Positions 1 through 11,139 are shown, counted from the stretch's first letter. The stretch is DNA of 64,000 nt from Bacteroidales bacterium (GCA_007135095.1 SLJO01000170.1:465-64464); one strand, 5' to 3'. Made by a program: numbers and translations. The notes: a model not told the origin generated them from the sequence alone.

Positions 1-2553
1 ATGAGAGGCATGGTGGCCTCCTGCGCGGTCAGGGTGAAAGAAGGGATGGAAGTAACAGCCTTTGATGAGGAAATTGAGCAGGCCCGGAAGTTTCTCCTTG
101 ATTACCTGCTGTCCGAACATAATGAGGGTTATGATGCCAGCTATGAAGACGAGTTCCGCGAGCTTAAAATAAAGTACGGACTGGATGACCCTTCTACACG
201 GCAGTTCTCCTCCATCTGGAAGGAGCTGGGCTATCCCGTTGACGATACTTCCCCCATTCTGACTTACGATGCGTCAAAATGCATAAAGTGTTTCCGCTGC
301 ATCAAGGCCTGCGACGAGGTGCAGGGCAAGAATGTACTGTCTTTTGCAAACAGGGGACTGACATCTTATATTATAGCAGGATTTGATAACTGGAAAGGAT
401 CGGAATGTGACGGCTGCGGAGAATGCATTCAGCTTTGTCCCACCGGTGCGATCGTTGAAAAGCCTCACAGGCAGGAGATAAATCTTGAAAAAATTGACAG
501 GAAGGTCATCACTACCTGTCCATATTGCGGGGTTGGCTGTCAGCTTGAATTGCTGGTGAGCAACGGACGCATTGTACGTTCGAACGGGGCAAAGTCATTG
601 CCGCCCAATGACGGCCGGTTATGTGTAAAAGGCAGGTTTGGCTATGATTTTGTACACAGTGATGACAGGCTGACAACACCGCTTATTAAACGAAACGGAA
701 AATTTGAACAGGTATCCTGGGATGAAGCTCTTGATCTTATTGCTGAAAAATTTTCAGGAATACTTGCAGAACATGGAAGTGATGCACTGGCCGGATATTC
801 CTCGGCCAAATGCACCAATGAAGATAATTACCTGTTCCAGAAGTTTATACGCCTTGTATTCGGGAATAATAACGTGGATTACTGCACCCGCCTTTGCCAT
901 GCCTCCACTGTTGTCGCAATGCTCCGTTCAATTGGCGACGGTGCAGGAAGCAATTCCATAGAGGATTATGTAACGGCCGACTGCATCCTTGTTACCGGGA
1001 ACAATATGATCGATACGCATCCTGTTACTGCCACATTTGCAAAACAAGGTAAGAAAAACGGGGCCAGGCTGGTGGTTATTGACCCCAAATGGACTCCGCT
1101 GGTTATCCATGCCGATCTGTGGCTTCAGCCCGCGCTGGGGACTGATGTTGCATTACTCAACGGCATGATGCATGTGATAATCCGGCAGGGTCTGGTTAAT
1201 GAGGAATTTCTGGAAAACAGGGTGGAGGGCGGAATGGAGTCCTTCCGTGAGCTGAAGCTGCTGACCGATAAATATACCCCGGAAAAGACCCAGGAGATAA
1301 CCAGGGTGCCTGCCGGTGATATAATCAAGGCTGCCGTCTGGTTTGCAGAAGCCAAGAGATCAATAGTTGCCACGGGCATGGGCCTGAGCCAGCAGGTTAC
1401 CGGCACGAATAATGTATTCAGCCTTTTGAATATGCTGCTCATCACTGGTCATCTTGGAAAGGAGGGGTCAGGCATTAATCCCCCGAGGGGTCAGAATAAC
1501 GTGCAGGGTGCATCCGACGTGGGCACTTCCCCTTTTACCTATCCGGGATATATTCCTGTTGATGATGATGCGAACCGCAAAAGAGTGGCTGAAATATGGG
1601 GGGTACCCTACGAGTCCCTTTCCGGGGAAAAAGGACTGACTACCGTTGAGATTATGCAGGCGGCTCATTCGGGTAAGATAAAGGGCATGTATATTATGGG
1701 CGAAAACCCGATGCTCACCGACCCTAACCTCAATCATGCAGAAGAGGCATTCAATAACCTTGATTTCCTGGTTATTCAGGATATTTTTCATACCGAGACC
1801 ACGCCGTTTGCGGATGTTATCCTGCCTGCAACCGCATTTGCCGAGAAGAACGGCACGTTTGTAAACAGCGACCGGCGTGTGCTGCGTGTCAGAAAAGCCG
1901 TTGAACCCCCGGGAGAGGCACGCCAGGACTGGGAAATAATTCTGGAAATTGCCCGCAGAATGGGTAAAAGCATTGGTGACTATGCTGATGAAGCCGGAAT
2001 ATTTGATGAAATAGCTGCCGCCACGCCAATGATGGCAGGCATTTCCCATGCCAGGATCGAAGAAAAGGGTATCCAGTGGCCCTGTTTCACGAAAGAGCAC
2101 CCCGGTACCCCTACCATGTTCCTGGAAAGATTCAATACTCCATCAGGAAAGGCAAAACTCAATCCGGTCGAGTATATTGAGCAGAAGGAACAACCCGATG
2201 ATGAGTATCCATTTATCCTCAACAGCGGACGTATATTATACCAGTATCACACGGCAACCATGTCAAGGCGCAATAAATCACTGAATGATTTTGCAAATGA
2301 GGCATATGTGCTGATGCATCCCGATGATGCCGGGAAATTTGATTTTACTGAAGGCTCCGGTGTCAGGCTCACCAGCCGCAGGGGTGAGCTGAGCACAATC
2401 CTGCGCATCAGCAGCGAGGTGTCTCCCGGGGAGCTGTTCATGCCGTTTCACTACAGTGAGTCTGCCGTTAACAGGCTCACAAGGGACGAGCTGGATCCCC
2501 ACTCCAAAATACCTGCCTTCAAATATACGGCATGCCGGGTGGAGAGTTTGTGA
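1..2553 (+). CDS. Formate-dehydrogenase-type molybdopterin oxidoreductase, catalytic subunit with N-terminal Fe-S domains (5' partial, runs off window start)
   Basis: The ORF is open to position 1. It has two ferredoxin-type cluster motifs (CIKCFRCIKAC, CDGCGECIQLCP) and the MopB N-terminal cluster motif TTCPYCGVGCQ, followed by a long molybdopterin-oxidoreductase body. The active-site region CTRLCHAS carries Cys, with no in-frame TGA. Confidence 0.85.
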   Translation: MRGMVASCAVRVKEGMEVTAFDEEIEQARKFLLDYLLSEHNEGYDASYEDEFRELKIKYGLDDPSTRQFSSIWKELGYPVDDTSPILTYDASKCIKCFRCIKACDEVQGKNVLSFANRGLTSYIIAGFDNWKGSECDGCGECIQLCPTGAIVEKPHRQEINLEKIDRKVITTCPYCGVGCQLELLVSNGRIVRSNGAKSLPPNDGRLCVKGRFGYDFVHSDDRLTTPLIKRNGKFEQVSWDEALDLIAEKFSGILAEHGSDALAGYSSAKCTNEDNYLFQKFIRLVFGNNNVDYCTRLCHASTVVAMLRSIGDGAGSNSIEDYVTADCILVTGNNMIDTHPVTATFAKQGKKNGARLVVIDPKWTPLVIHADLWLQPALGTDVALLNGMMHVIIRQGLVNEEFLENRVEGGMESFRELKLLTDKYTPEKTQEITRVPAGDIIKAAVWFAEAKRSIVATGMGLSQQVTGTNNVFSLLNMLLITGHLGKEGSGINPPRGQNNVQGASDVGTSPFTYPGYIPVDDDANRKRVAEIWGVPYESLSGEKGLTTVEIMQAAHSGKIKGMYIMGENPMLTDPNLNHAEEAFNNLDFLVIQDIFHTETTPFADVILPATAFAEKNGTFVNSDRRVLRVRKAVEPPGEARQDWEIILEIARRMGKSIGDYADEAGIFDEIAAATPMMAGISHARIEEKGIQWPCFTKEHPGTPTMFLERFNTPSGKAKLNPVEYIEQKEQPDDEYPFILNSGRILYQYHTATMSRRNKSLNDFANEAYVLMHPDDAGKFDFTEGSGVRLTSRRGELSTILRISSEVSPGELFMPFHYSESAVNRLTRDELDPHSKIPAFKYTACRVESL

Positions 2554-2783
2554 TGAGGGGGTCCGCAGGCCCTGTCTTGCCCTGGCTCGTCTGATTGCCA
2601 GATCATTTATCATGTTTTAAACAGAAAATAATGTATAGTTTTGATGCATGGCAGTGAAGCATCTCAAAGGAGGCTTCCTGGATCATCGAAGGCGCAGCCT
2701 TCTCACCAGGCATGGATCCGGGCAGGCTAAAAGTGGTTGTTTTTTAAGGTTTGACAAACACCCGGCCATTAAAACTATTTTGT

Positions 2784-4649
2784 ATGAATTCATCGGAAAT
2801 AAAGGAATTTTTAAAGGAGATAGAACTTTTCAGGGAACTTGACAACCCGGAGTTCGAGGCACTGAACCGTTCGGTTTCGTCAAAACTGATACCAAAAGGT
2901 TCTTTTTTATTCCAGGAAAATGCTCCCAGGACAAATATATTCCTGATTTACAGTGGTGAAGTGGAACTGTTCAAGCGAACTCCTTTCGGCGTCGAGAAGC
3001 GGCTGACCTATTTCAGCCGCGGCGATTTCCTTGGTGAAGGATCATTCGGAAGCAAATCCCCCCATTCGACTACTGCAAGGGCGCTTATCGATACCTCCGT
3101 ACTGGTAATTGACAGGGAATTTTTCCTTGAGAACAGTTCGGCAGCATTGAAGATATTTTCCAATATCGCAAGGGTGATGTCGCGGCGGATGCGCAATGCC
3201 AATAACAGGATCATTGATGTCGGTGCACAGTATGAGTCCGGGCGGACCAGGAAGGAATACGATCTTCTGGGCGAAAGGAACGTGCCGTATGAGGTCTATT
3301 ACGGGATACAAACTCTCCGGGGAATAGAGAATTTCAATATCAGCGGCATTACCCTTAACTTCTATCCATTGCTTATTAATGCCCTTGCAATGGTTAAAAT
3401 GGCAGCCGCCAAGGCCAATTATGATCTGGGCCTGCTTGACAAGTCGGTATGCGATGCCATAGTGAGGGCCTGTAATGAAATCAGGAACGGCAAGTTCCAC
3501 AGTAACTTCACCATTGACATGATGCAGGGAGGAGCCGGCACCTCTACAAACATGAATGCCAACGAGGTAATAGCCAACCGTGCTCTCGAGATCATGGGGC
3601 ATGAAAGGGGGGAATACCTGCACTGCCATCCCAATAATCATGTAAACCTGTCCCAGTCCACCAACGATGCCTATCCCACTGCAATAAAGATAGCCATCAT
3701 AAACAGCAACAAAACTCTCATTGAGGTTCTCCTGCAGCTCATCGACTCTTTCAGGAAAAAAGGGAGTGAGTTTTCGGAGGTAATCAAGATGGGCAGAACC
3801 CAGCTACAGGATGCCGTGCCCATGACCCTGGGCCAGTCGTTCGAAGCCTATGCCACAACCCTTGAGGAGGAGATCATGAGGCTCGATGAAAATGCAAAAC
3901 TATTCCTGGAGGTCAATATGGGCGCTACAGCCATAGGAACCGGAATCAATTCCGATCCGGAGTATGCCGGCAAAGTGATAAAGCACCTTCAGGCAGTAAC
4001 AGGACTTAAAATCATCAATGCCCAAAACCTGGTTGAGGCCACCCAGGATACGGGCGCATTTGTCATGTACTCATCGGCCCTTAAACGGACTGCAATTAAG
4101 CTCAGCAAGATATGCAATGATCTCAGGCTCCTGTCATCCGGTCCCCGGGCCGGCCTGAACGAGATCAACCTTCCCCCGATGCAGCCCGGCTCATCAATAA
4201 TGCCAGGCAAGGTGAACCCGGTCATACCGGAGGTAGTCAACCAGATAGCCTACCGGGTTATCGGCAATGATCTGACGGTAAGTCTGGCCGCCGAAGCCGG
4301 CCAGCTGGAGCTGAACGTGATGGAACCGGTAATCGCGCAGAGCATTTTCGAATCGGTTGAGATGCTCAAAAACGGCATGTTCACCCTTAAAACACGCTGC
4401 ATTGACGGTATCACTGCCAACGCAGGTCACTGCAGGAATCTTGTGCTGAACAGCATCGGACTGGTAACCGCCCTCAACCCGGTGCTTGGTTATGATATCT
4501 GTACCATGCTTGCCAGGGAGGCGCTTGAGCAGGATCGCGGGGTTTACGATCTGGTGCTTGAAAAGAAGCTGCTGACCAAAGAGGAGCTGGACCGGCTGCT
4601 GCTACCGGAAAACATGATCAAACCCCAGAAGATGACAAGGGGTAAATAA
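2784..4649 (+). CDS. aspA: Cyclic-nucleotide-binding-like domain fused to aspartate ammonia-lyase
   Basis: The N-terminal ~150 aa form a CNB-type beta-barrel (FLFQENAP...GDFLGEGSF...ARALIDTSVLVI). The remainder is collinear with aspartase (KMGRTQLQDAVPMTLGQ, KICNDLRLLSSGPRAGLNEINLP, lyase signature GSSIMPGKVNP). I prefer the ATG at 2784 over the upstream TTG at 2751. Confidence 0.85.
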   Translation: MNSSEIKEFLKEIELFRELDNPEFEALNRSVSSKLIPKGSFLFQENAPRTNIFLIYSGEVELFKRTPFGVEKRLTYFSRGDFLGEGSFGSKSPHSTTARALIDTSVLVIDREFFLENSSAALKIFSNIARVMSRRMRNANNRIIDVGAQYESGRTRKEYDLLGERNVPYEVYYGIQTLRGIENFNISGITLNFYPLLINALAMVKMAAAKANYDLGLLDKSVCDAIVRACNEIRNGKFHSNFTIDMMQGGAGTSTNMNANEVIANRALEIMGHERGEYLHCHPNNHVNLSQSTNDAYPTAIKIAIINSNKTLIEVLLQLIDSFRKKGSEFSEVIKMGRTQLQDAVPMTLGQSFEAYATTLEEEIMRLDENAKLFLEVNMGATAIGTGINSDPEYAGKVIKHLQAVTGLKIINAQNLVEATQDTGAFVMYSSALKRTAIKLSKICNDLRLLSSGPRAGLNEINLPPMQPGSSIMPGKVNPVIPEVVNQIAYRVIGNDLTVSLAAEAGQLELNVMEPVIAQSIFESVEMLKNGMFTLKTRCIDGITANAGHCRNLVLNSIGLVTALNPVLGYDICTMLAREALEQDRGVYDLVLEKKLLTKEELDRLLLPENMIKPQKMTRGK

Positions 4650-4696
4650 AATTATGTTTAGTAATTTTGTGATAACAACCATTAAACAGGAAAAAA

Positions 4697-5446
4697 ATGC
4701 TTGACACTCTACTTAAACACCGGAGTATTAGAAAATACAAAAGCGGGGAAATCGACAATAACACCCTGAATACCGTATTGTCGGCCGGGATCAGGGCTTC
4801 CACCACCGGCAACATGCAGGTTTACAGCATGGTGGTAACAAGGGAGGAAGCCATCAGGAAGCAGCTGTGGGAATGCCATTTCAAGCAGGATATGGTGCTG
4901 CAGGCACCCGTTCATATTACTTTCTGTGCCGACTTTAACCGTTTCAACAAATGGTGTGAACAACGCAACGCCGTTCCCGGTTATGATAATTATCTTTCAT
5001 TTTTTACTGCCGCCATAGATGCATTGCTTGTATCCCAGAATGTCTGTCTGGCCGCTGAGGATATGGGACTGGGAATATGTTACCTGGGCACGGCCACCTA
5101 CAATGCAAGGCGTATCGTTGATATCTTGCAACTCCCCCGGGGAGTGGTACCCGTGGCAGCTATTGTAATCGGGTATCCCGGTGAGGAGCCTGTGCTGACC
5201 GATCGCCTGCCCCTTGAGGCCGTGGTGCATTACGAGCGCTACACCGATTATTCAGCAAAAGACATTGACAGGATATATGCTGACAAGGAAGCTTTGGAGC
5301 AGACCCGTGAACTGCTGGAGATCAATAAGAAAGAGACCCTTGCCCAGATATTTACTGATAACCGGTATAAAAAAGAAGATAATGTTCATTTTTCCCGCGA
5401 ATTTCTGGATGTTATAAGTCAGCAGGGGTTTATGAACAATGACTGA
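4697..5446 (+). CDS. NfsA-like NAD(P)H nitroreductase family protein
   Basis: The N-terminus LLKHRSIRKYKSGEIDNNTLNTVLSAGIRASTTGNMQ is typical of the nitroreductase fold. The length is 249 aa. Confidence 0.75.
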   Translation: MLDTLLKHRSIRKYKSGEIDNNTLNTVLSAGIRASTTGNMQVYSMVVTREEAIRKQLWECHFKQDMVLQAPVHITFCADFNRFNKWCEQRNAVPGYDNYLSFFTAAIDALLVSQNVCLAAEDMGLGICYLGTATYNARRIVDILQLPRGVVPVAAIVIGYPGEEPVLTDRLPLEAVVHYERYTDYSAKDIDRIYADKEALEQTRELLEINKKETLAQIFTDNRYKKEDNVHFSREFLDVISQQGFMNND

Positions 5447-5503
5447 TCAAGCAATGCAAGGCCAGGTAACAGGTACGCCGTAGTGTTGTGCCCTTGTCAG
5501 ACA

Positions 5504-6268
5504 CTAAAAGCCAAGGACTGTAAACCCTCCGTCCACACTTATCGTCTGTCCCGTGATATATGCTGCAGCCGGCATGCACAAAAAGGCTGCTGCAGCCGCC
5601 ACGTCCTCGGGCCTGCCGATTCTTCCCGCTGGGGTGCGTGAGAGAACCTCTGCTTTGTATGCTTCATCCCTGAGCACAGCTTCAGCAAGCGGGGTGCTGA
5701 TATACCATGGAGCAACTGCATTTACACGTATGCCGCCGGCGGCCCATTCTGCAGCCAGGTATTTGGTCATGTGTATCATCGCCGACTTGCTCATGCCGTA
5801 AACCACGCCGGTACGGACGCTGGTCTGACCGGCAACCGAGCTGATGTTTACAATGTTTCCCTGTCCTGATCTGGTCAGCATGGGATAGAACAGCCGGCAA
5901 AGATCCCAGGCCGGGTGGAGGTTGGTGCCCATTATTTTCCGGTATTCATCTTCCGAATATTCCATGGTGGGTTTTCGGATGTTCATGCCTGCATTATTTA
6001 CCAGTATATCAAGTGCTGGCCATTTATTTTCAACGGCAGTCAGCAAGCTTTTCCGCTCGTCCCCGTTGGAAATATCAACCGGCAGTCCGGTAAGCCTGCT
6101 GCTGCTTCCCGGTTCGCTGAGGACTTTGTCTATTCCTTCCCTGTTCCTGGCAACAAATAACACCTCACAGCCAAGAGCAATGAACTCCTTTACAATTGCC
6201 AGTCCGATCCCCTTGGTTCCCCCGGTAACAAGGGCCTTTTTGCCTGCCAGATCCCAGCGGTTCTGCAT
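5504..6268 (-). CDS. Short-chain dehydrogenase/reductase (tropinone-reductase-like SDR)
   Basis: It has the Rossmann motif [11 protein letters not shown], an NNAG motif, and the catalytic YGMSK (YxxxK). Confidence 0.85.
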   Translation of the reverse strand: MQNRWDLAGKKALVTGGTKGIGLAIVKEFIALGCEVLFVARNREGIDKVLSEPGSSSRLTGLPVDISNGDERKSLLTAVENKWPALDILVNNAGMNIRKPTMEYSEDEYRKIMGTNLHPAWDLCRLFYPMLTRSGQGNIVNISSVAGQTSVRTGVVYGMSKSAMIHMTKYLAAEWAAGGIRVNAVAPWYISTPLAEAVLRDEAYKAEVLSRTPAGRIGRPEDVAAAAAFLCMPAAAYITGQTISVDGGFTVLGF

Positions 6269-6368
6269 TATTTTGTTTGTGTTAAGTTACATAGACGAAA
6301 CTCCCCTTCCCCGGGTGTGCTTTGCCCGGTTCCTTACCGGATTGTCGGGGCGCTGCTTATTTTGTTTG

Positions 6369-7796
6369 TCAGGCCCTGACCGTTTTGTTGATAAGATTTT
6401 CCACTGTGCCTATTTCAATGTATGAGGCGCCGGTATTGTGGCCAAAGTTACCGGCAATTACCACCAAAAGGTCCAGTTTATCAATAACACCATCGTGCAG
6501 GAGTGAATCGCCGGCAAGTCTGACAAAATCATGCGATGTTTCTGTTGGTTTCATATAATTTGCCCTTACCCCGTAGGAAAGCATGAGTTCTCGCACCACC
6601 CTGCGGTCATAACATTTTGCCCAGATCATTCTGTTGCCCCTGTAAGCTGCAAGACTTCGGATGGTACGCCCGGACATGGAATCAGCGAGTATGGCCCTGG
6701 CCGACAGATTTACCGCTGCCTCAACGGCAGCCTTGATAAGAAATGCCGATATTTCGTTGTTGATAACCTCAACGGGTATATCATGGATGGATTCTTTTGT
6801 TTTTTCCACTTCCAGGGCCACATTAGCCATGGTTTTGAGTGATTCAAGCGGATATTTTCCATATGCTGTTTCCCCGCTGAGCATTATGGCATCGGTATGG
6901 CTGTAAATGGCATTGGCAATGTCGCTGACTTCCGCACGGGTGGGACGGGGATTGTTGATCATGCTGTGGAGCATCTGGGTTGCTATAATAACAGGCTTGC
7001 GCCTTTGAATGCATTTATCGATAAGCATTTTCTGGATGCCCGGTATTTTTGCATATGGTATTTCTATGGCAAGATCCCCGCGGGCTACCATTACCCCGTA
7101 GGCATGATCCAGTATTTCGTCAATATGGTCTACTCCTGCCTGGTTTTCAATTTTGGCAATGATCTTGACCTTGCTTGAATGTTTATCGAGTATTTCCTGG
7201 ATTTGTATTACATCCTCCTTGTTTCGCACGAATGAATGTGCTATGAAATCGATATCCTCATCTATGGCAAGCTGAACAAACTCCTTGTCCCTGTCTGTCA
7301 GCGAGGGGAGCTTTACCTCAATGCCGGGGATATTAACACTTTTCCTTCCCAGGATAATGCCCGGATTCCTGGCCTCGCAAATCAAAAAATCATTATCCCT
7401 GGATTTGACTACCAGCTCAATGTCACCATCATCTATAAGAAGGCGGCTTCCGGCTGGTATTTCCTCTGCAATTCCCCTGTATGACAGGCATATAACATTA
7501 TCGTACGAACTTACATCCGGGGCGCCTTTTACATAAACAAGGTCGCCTGTTTTCACTTCGAGGCCGGTTTCGGTTGAATTGGTCCTTATTTCAGGTCCCT
7601 TCGTGTCAATCAAAAGCGCAAGCCGGTCAGATACCTGCCTTGCGTTTCCAATTACTCTCCGTGAGTCTTCAATACTCTGATGGGCTGTATTCATCCGTAC
7701 CACATCCATGCCGGACTGGAAGAGCTTTTCGAGAAAAGGCACATCGCAGTTACGATCGGAAATAGTCGCCACGATCTTGGTTTTCTTTTTTTCCAT
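6369..7796 (-). CDS. pyk: Pyruvate kinase
   Basis: The N-terminus KTKIVATISDRNCD...GMDVVRMNTAH and the internal motifs MVARGDLAIEIP and VIIATQMLHSM are canonical pyruvate kinase motifs. The length is 475 aa. Confidence 0.92.
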   Translation of the reverse strand: MEKKKTKIVATISDRNCDVPFLEKLFQSGMDVVRMNTAHQSIEDSRRVIGNARQVSDRLALLIDTKGPEIRTNSTETGLEVKTGDLVYVKGAPDVSSYDNVICLSYRGIAEEIPAGSRLLIDDGDIELVVKSRDNDFLICEARNPGIILGRKSVNIPGIEVKLPSLTDRDKEFVQLAIDEDIDFIAHSFVRNKEDVIQIQEILDKHSSKVKIIAKIENQAGVDHIDEILDHAYGVMVARGDLAIEIPYAKIPGIQKMLIDKCIQRRKPVIIATQMLHSMINNPRPTRAEVSDIANAIYSHTDAIMLSGETAYGKYPLESLKTMANVALEVEKTKESIHDIPVEVINNEISAFLIKAAVEAAVNLSARAILADSMSGRTIRSLAAYRGNRMIWAKCYDRRVVRELMLSYGVRANYMKPTETSHDFVRLAGDSLLHDGVIDKLDLLVVIAGNFGHNTGASYIEIGTVENLINKTVRA

Positions 7797-7830
7797 TAGT
7801 TATTAATTGGTCCTGGTTTAAAATATTTTT

Positions 7831-7838
7831 CAAAGTTA
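7831..7838 (-). promoter_or_regulatory. Bacteroidota-type -7 promoter box (TAACTTTG on the minus strand) upstream of pyk
   Basis: It matches the TAnnTTTG consensus and lies 35 nt upstream of the pyk ATG. This is a motif match only. Confidence 0.35.
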
Positions 7839-7913
7839 CGATAATGCGGCATACGTACATAAAAAATGGCTGTATATTTACATGCGCCCGCTAACAGTTT
7901 AACTGATGTTCCG

Positions 7914-8810
7914 ATGCATTGGCATACCGCTATCACTGAGTTCAAGATATATTTAAAACTGGAAAGGTCCTTATCTGCCAATTCTGTTGATGCCTATCTG
8001 CAGGATATCTTAAAGCTGCAGAGTTATACCTCTGCTCTTGGCAGTCCGCCCGAACCTGACAAAATTGAAATTTCCCATCTCCGGGGATTCCTTGAGTGGC
8101 TCAACGGTTTTTATCTTAACCCCGTCACCCAGTCCCGGATAGTATCGGGTATAAGAGCCTTTTTCCGGTTCATGCTTTTAAACGACATTATCGTTCATGA
8201 CCCCTCGGCTCTGCTGGAAATGCCAAAAGCACGAAGGAAACTGCCGGAGGTGCTTTCAGTGGATGAAGTCGATATGATACTTGCCGCCATAGATTTAAGC
8301 ACCCCGCAGGGACAAAGGAACAAGGCGATGATTGAAACTTTGTATAGCGGGGGACTAAGGGTTTCTGAACTGGTGAATTTATGCATCAGTGATATATACC
8401 GCAGCGAGGGATTTTTAAAAATTACCGGCAAAGGAGAAAAGCAGCGGCTCGTACCTGTAGGCACGCGTGCGCTCAGGGAAATTGAACTTTATCTGCCCGA
8501 CCGGAACAGGCTGCCGGCAGTCAGGGGGCATGAAGACATATTGTTCCTTAACCGGCGGGGGAAACCGCTGACCCGTGTAATGGTTTTTACCATCGTAAGG
8601 CAGCTTGCCATGAAGGCATCCATCAACAAAACCATCAGTCCCCACACCTTCAGGCATTCCTTTGCCACCCACCTGGTTGAGGGTGGTGCAGACCTGCGGG
8701 CAGTCCAGGAAATGCTGGGGCATGAATCCATCATAACTACGGAGATCTATACCCATATGGACAGCGATTACCTTCGGGAGGCGATCAACAGTTTTCATCC
8801 GAGATCCTGA
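7914..8810 (+). CDS. xerD: Tyrosine recombinase XerD-like
   Basis: The N-terminal SAM-like domain reads [24 protein letters not shown]. The catalytic domain carries R...[11 protein letters not shown]...[13 protein letters not shown] (the R-H-R-Y set). The ATG at 7914 fits XerD N-termini better than the ATG at 7866. Confidence 0.8.
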   Translation: MHWHTAITEFKIYLKLERSLSANSVDAYLQDILKLQSYTSALGSPPEPDKIEISHLRGFLEWLNGFYLNPVTQSRIVSGIRAFFRFMLLNDIIVHDPSALLEMPKARRKLPEVLSVDEVDMILAAIDLSTPQGQRNKAMIETLYSGGLRVSELVNLCISDIYRSEGFLKITGKGEKQRLVPVGTRALREIELYLPDRNRLPAVRGHEDILFLNRRGKPLTRVMVFTIVRQLAMKASINKTISPHTFRHSFATHLVEGGADLRAVQEMLGHESIITTEIYTHMDSDYLREAINSFHPRS

Positions 8811-11127
8811 ACCTGGCAGGTATAAAAATATTCCTGAGGTTATGCCGTGTTTCCTGGTCAAAAGCATCCGGTGATAAACCCTCTGATGCAACCGAACGGG
8901 CAAAGTCCGATGCCAGCAGGTGTCTGGGAATATCGTTCTCGCTCATAAACCCGGAGTTGCTGTCGGGTATTCCCATCCGTTTTTTAATAATATATTTCTT
9001 AAAGTCAAGTGTGGAGAAAAGGTCTTCAGGGGCTGCAATGTTTTTTGCCAGTATTAACCTGGAACCGGGCTCTGCGGGATCAAATCCCTTAAGGTTCAGT
9101 TGTAATTCACTGATAACTTCCCGGCTGTCCTGATTATCGAACAGGAGCACGGAAAAATCAAACCCCCATCCGATCATCAGGTTAACAAGTGTAGTGACCC
9201 CGGCAGGACCGTTTGCCGGCAGAAAATGAATATTTTCCCCGGGGTTCATCATTTTATAAAGTGATGAGAGGTAATAAAAACTGCTGATATCCTCAACAAT
9301 CACGTTGCCGGACTGCAGGGCAAGCTGCTGGCGGTTGAATCCGGCACCAAGCAGGGAACTAAGGGGAGATAGCGTATCTGAAGTTGCCGCATGCAGGTGG
9401 GATGCATCGTAGATTATTGTCTCGCTTTGCTCGTGGTTCTCCGTGCCCCTTTGCACGGCAAGCAGCCTGTAGAGCTTGTCATTATCAATCAGGTGCGGGG
9501 AATGAGTGGTATAAATTATCTGGATTTTCCCTTTTATATCTTCAAAAACCTTGAGTACATCCTCCTGGGCCCTGGCATGAAGACTTAGTCCCGGTTCATC
9601 AATGAGAAACACCCTTTCTGCATTTTCATTCTGGCGCGCAAAGGCTTTCAGCTCCAGGTAAAATGACAGGAACCATCTGACACCCCTGCTTCTTTGTTTG
9701 GGATAAAGCCTTTCATGCTCATCCTTTATCCAGAATTCCAGGTAGGGCTTGCCTTTTTTTTCAGGATTGGAAGTATCGTAATGTTCAAGCTCAAAATGAA
9801 TCCTGATTTTGTTTGTTTTTCCTATGTTCTGGCGCCAGTATTCCTGAAAATCAACCGTTACATCGTTATTGAGGTTTTCAATTTTTTGTTTCAGGATGCG
9901 GTTGTTTGTTTGTCTGAAAAACTGCGGATCCAGTCCGGCGATAATCAAAAAATTCTTCACTGCCTTGTATCCTTCAACCTTGTTGTTATTTTGAAAAATA
10001 TCTTCAAGATCGATGCGGTTCGGCAAAAGGCTGCTGAAATCCTGAAAAAATTCATGAGGGGGTATGCACTTGAAAAAAGCTTCTCCTGCCTCTTCGCGGG
10101 TATAAAGTTTATTGCGTGCATTGAACTCATCAACAGCCTCTTTTTCAGCCTCATTCAATGTTTTTCCCTCCAGGAGTTTTTTCACAAGCCTTGTGCTGAT
10201 TCCTGCCTTTTCCTTCAAAGATTCCATGTTGCGGCGTACCCTGATATAATTTTCCTTGGCTTCGAATAACTTAAGTTCGCCGGCCCTTGTTTCCTTCTCG
10301 CCCCTGAGAAAAGCCATGTTTGCCTGCACTTCCATTAGCTCTGTGTAGGCTTTGTCCAGTTCCGGTTTTGTGTTTTCCAGGTCTTTGACTGATGTAAGGC
10401 ATATATTGCCATGCTCACGAAAAATAGCCCTGTCATTAAGATTTTTCCTTAATTCTGCCAGGAGGGCCGATTCTTTTTGCAGCTTTCCGGTGATGCACTC
10501 AATTTGTTTTTCAACTGATCCTGTATCTTGTTTCAGGACTTCCTGTTTTGCAGGATCGGACGAACGCGTTGAAAGCTTTTTCAATTCTGCCTGCCTTCTG
10601 GTTATTTTTTCCAGCTCCCCGGCAAGCTCAGCTGTGCTTTCTTCAAGCCTGATAACATCCTGCCGGGTTTCTCCTGATTCTTCCAGCGCCTTGTATATAG
10701 CGGTCATTACTGTCTGCGTCATACCGAGTTCCTTTTTTTCGATCTCATCGAAAATTACCGATATCTCATCGCCTGATAAGGTAATCCGGCTGCTCATATC
10801 CGGCAACCATTCCCTGGTAAGTACCAGATTCTTTTCCTTTTGCATGACCGGCAGCATCCCGGCGGGCAAACGCCCGTTATCGATGAAATCAAATGATTCG
10901 TCTGAACCGGGCCTGTAAAGGCATGATACCTCCGGAAATGTCATATCGCTGCGCAATACATCCTCTGAGATTGTTCCTTCCCAGAAGCTGTAAAGGCCCT
11001 CCAGCACAGATGTTTTTCCCGATTCATTCTGACCTATCAGGGCAGTGATGTTATCGGAAGAAAGAGTGTTCCATCCTGAATCAACAATACTCCTGAAATT
11101 TTTAATTCTGAATTCTAGAAGCCTCAT
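8785..11127 (-). CDS. ABC/SMC-type ATPase with a long coiled-coil insertion and a C-terminal Toprim-like domain (OLD-family or fused PARIS-like architecture)
   Basis: It has Walker A GQNESGKT, a ~300-aa K/E/L-rich insertion, Walker B/D-loop [12 protein letters not shown] and H-loop YTTHSPH. The C-terminal ~200 aa read VIVED...[11 protein letters not shown]...LLFDNQDS...APEDLF, which resembles the Toprim Glu/DxD pattern. The Toprim assignment is by eye only. Confidence 0.7.
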   Translation of the reverse strand: MRLLEFRIKNFRSIVDSGWNTLSSDNITALIGQNESGKTSVLEGLYSFWEGTISEDVLRSDMTFPEVSCLYRPGSDESFDFIDNGRLPAGMLPVMQKEKNLVLTREWLPDMSSRITLSGDEISVIFDEIEKKELGMTQTVMTAIYKALEESGETRQDVIRLEESTAELAGELEKITRRQAELKKLSTRSSDPAKQEVLKQDTGSVEKQIECITGKLQKESALLAELRKNLNDRAIFREHGNICLTSVKDLENTKPELDKAYTELMEVQANMAFLRGEKETRAGELKLFEAKENYIRVRRNMESLKEKAGISTRLVKKLLEGKTLNEAEKEAVDEFNARNKLYTREEAGEAFFKCIPPHEFFQDFSSLLPNRIDLEDIFQNNNKVEGYKAVKNFLIIAGLDPQFFRQTNNRILKQKIENLNNDVTVDFQEYWRQNIGKTNKIRIHFELEHYDTSNPEKKGKPYLEFWIKDEHERLYPKQRSRGVRWFLSFYLELKAFARQNENAERVFLIDEPGLSLHARAQEDVLKVFEDIKGKIQIIYTTHSPHLIDNDKLYRLLAVQRGTENHEQSETIIYDASHLHAATSDTLSPLSSLLGAGFNRQQLALQSGNVIVEDISSFYYLSSLYKMMNPGENIHFLPANGPAGVTTLVNLMIGWGFDFSVLLFDNQDSREVISELQLNLKGFDPAEPGSRLILAKNIAAPEDLFSTLDFKKYIIKKRMGIPDSNSGFMSENDIPRHLLASDFARSVASEGLSPDAFDQETRHNLRNIFIPARFRISDENC

Positions 11128-11139
11128 TATTAGTATAAG

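Noticed and set aside
1468-2100. A 210-aa minus-strand ORF, plus several 60-110-aa ORFs, lie inside the formate-dehydrogenase gene.
   Set aside because: They lie entirely antisense or out of frame to a strongly supported CDS. They have no recognisable motifs and a low-complexity composition typical of shadow ORFs.
3042-3641. A 199-aa minus-strand ORF lies inside aspA.
   Set aside because: It is a shadow of a highly conserved lyase coding region and has no motifs of its own.
7914-8810. The tyrosine recombinase might be the integrase of a mobile element carrying the phosphatase/ATPase genes.
   Set aside because: Its length and N-terminal SAM-like domain fit housekeeping XerD. I could find no flanking direct repeats, tRNA target, excisionase or transfer genes. 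The idea is kept only as a synteny check under the overlap finding.
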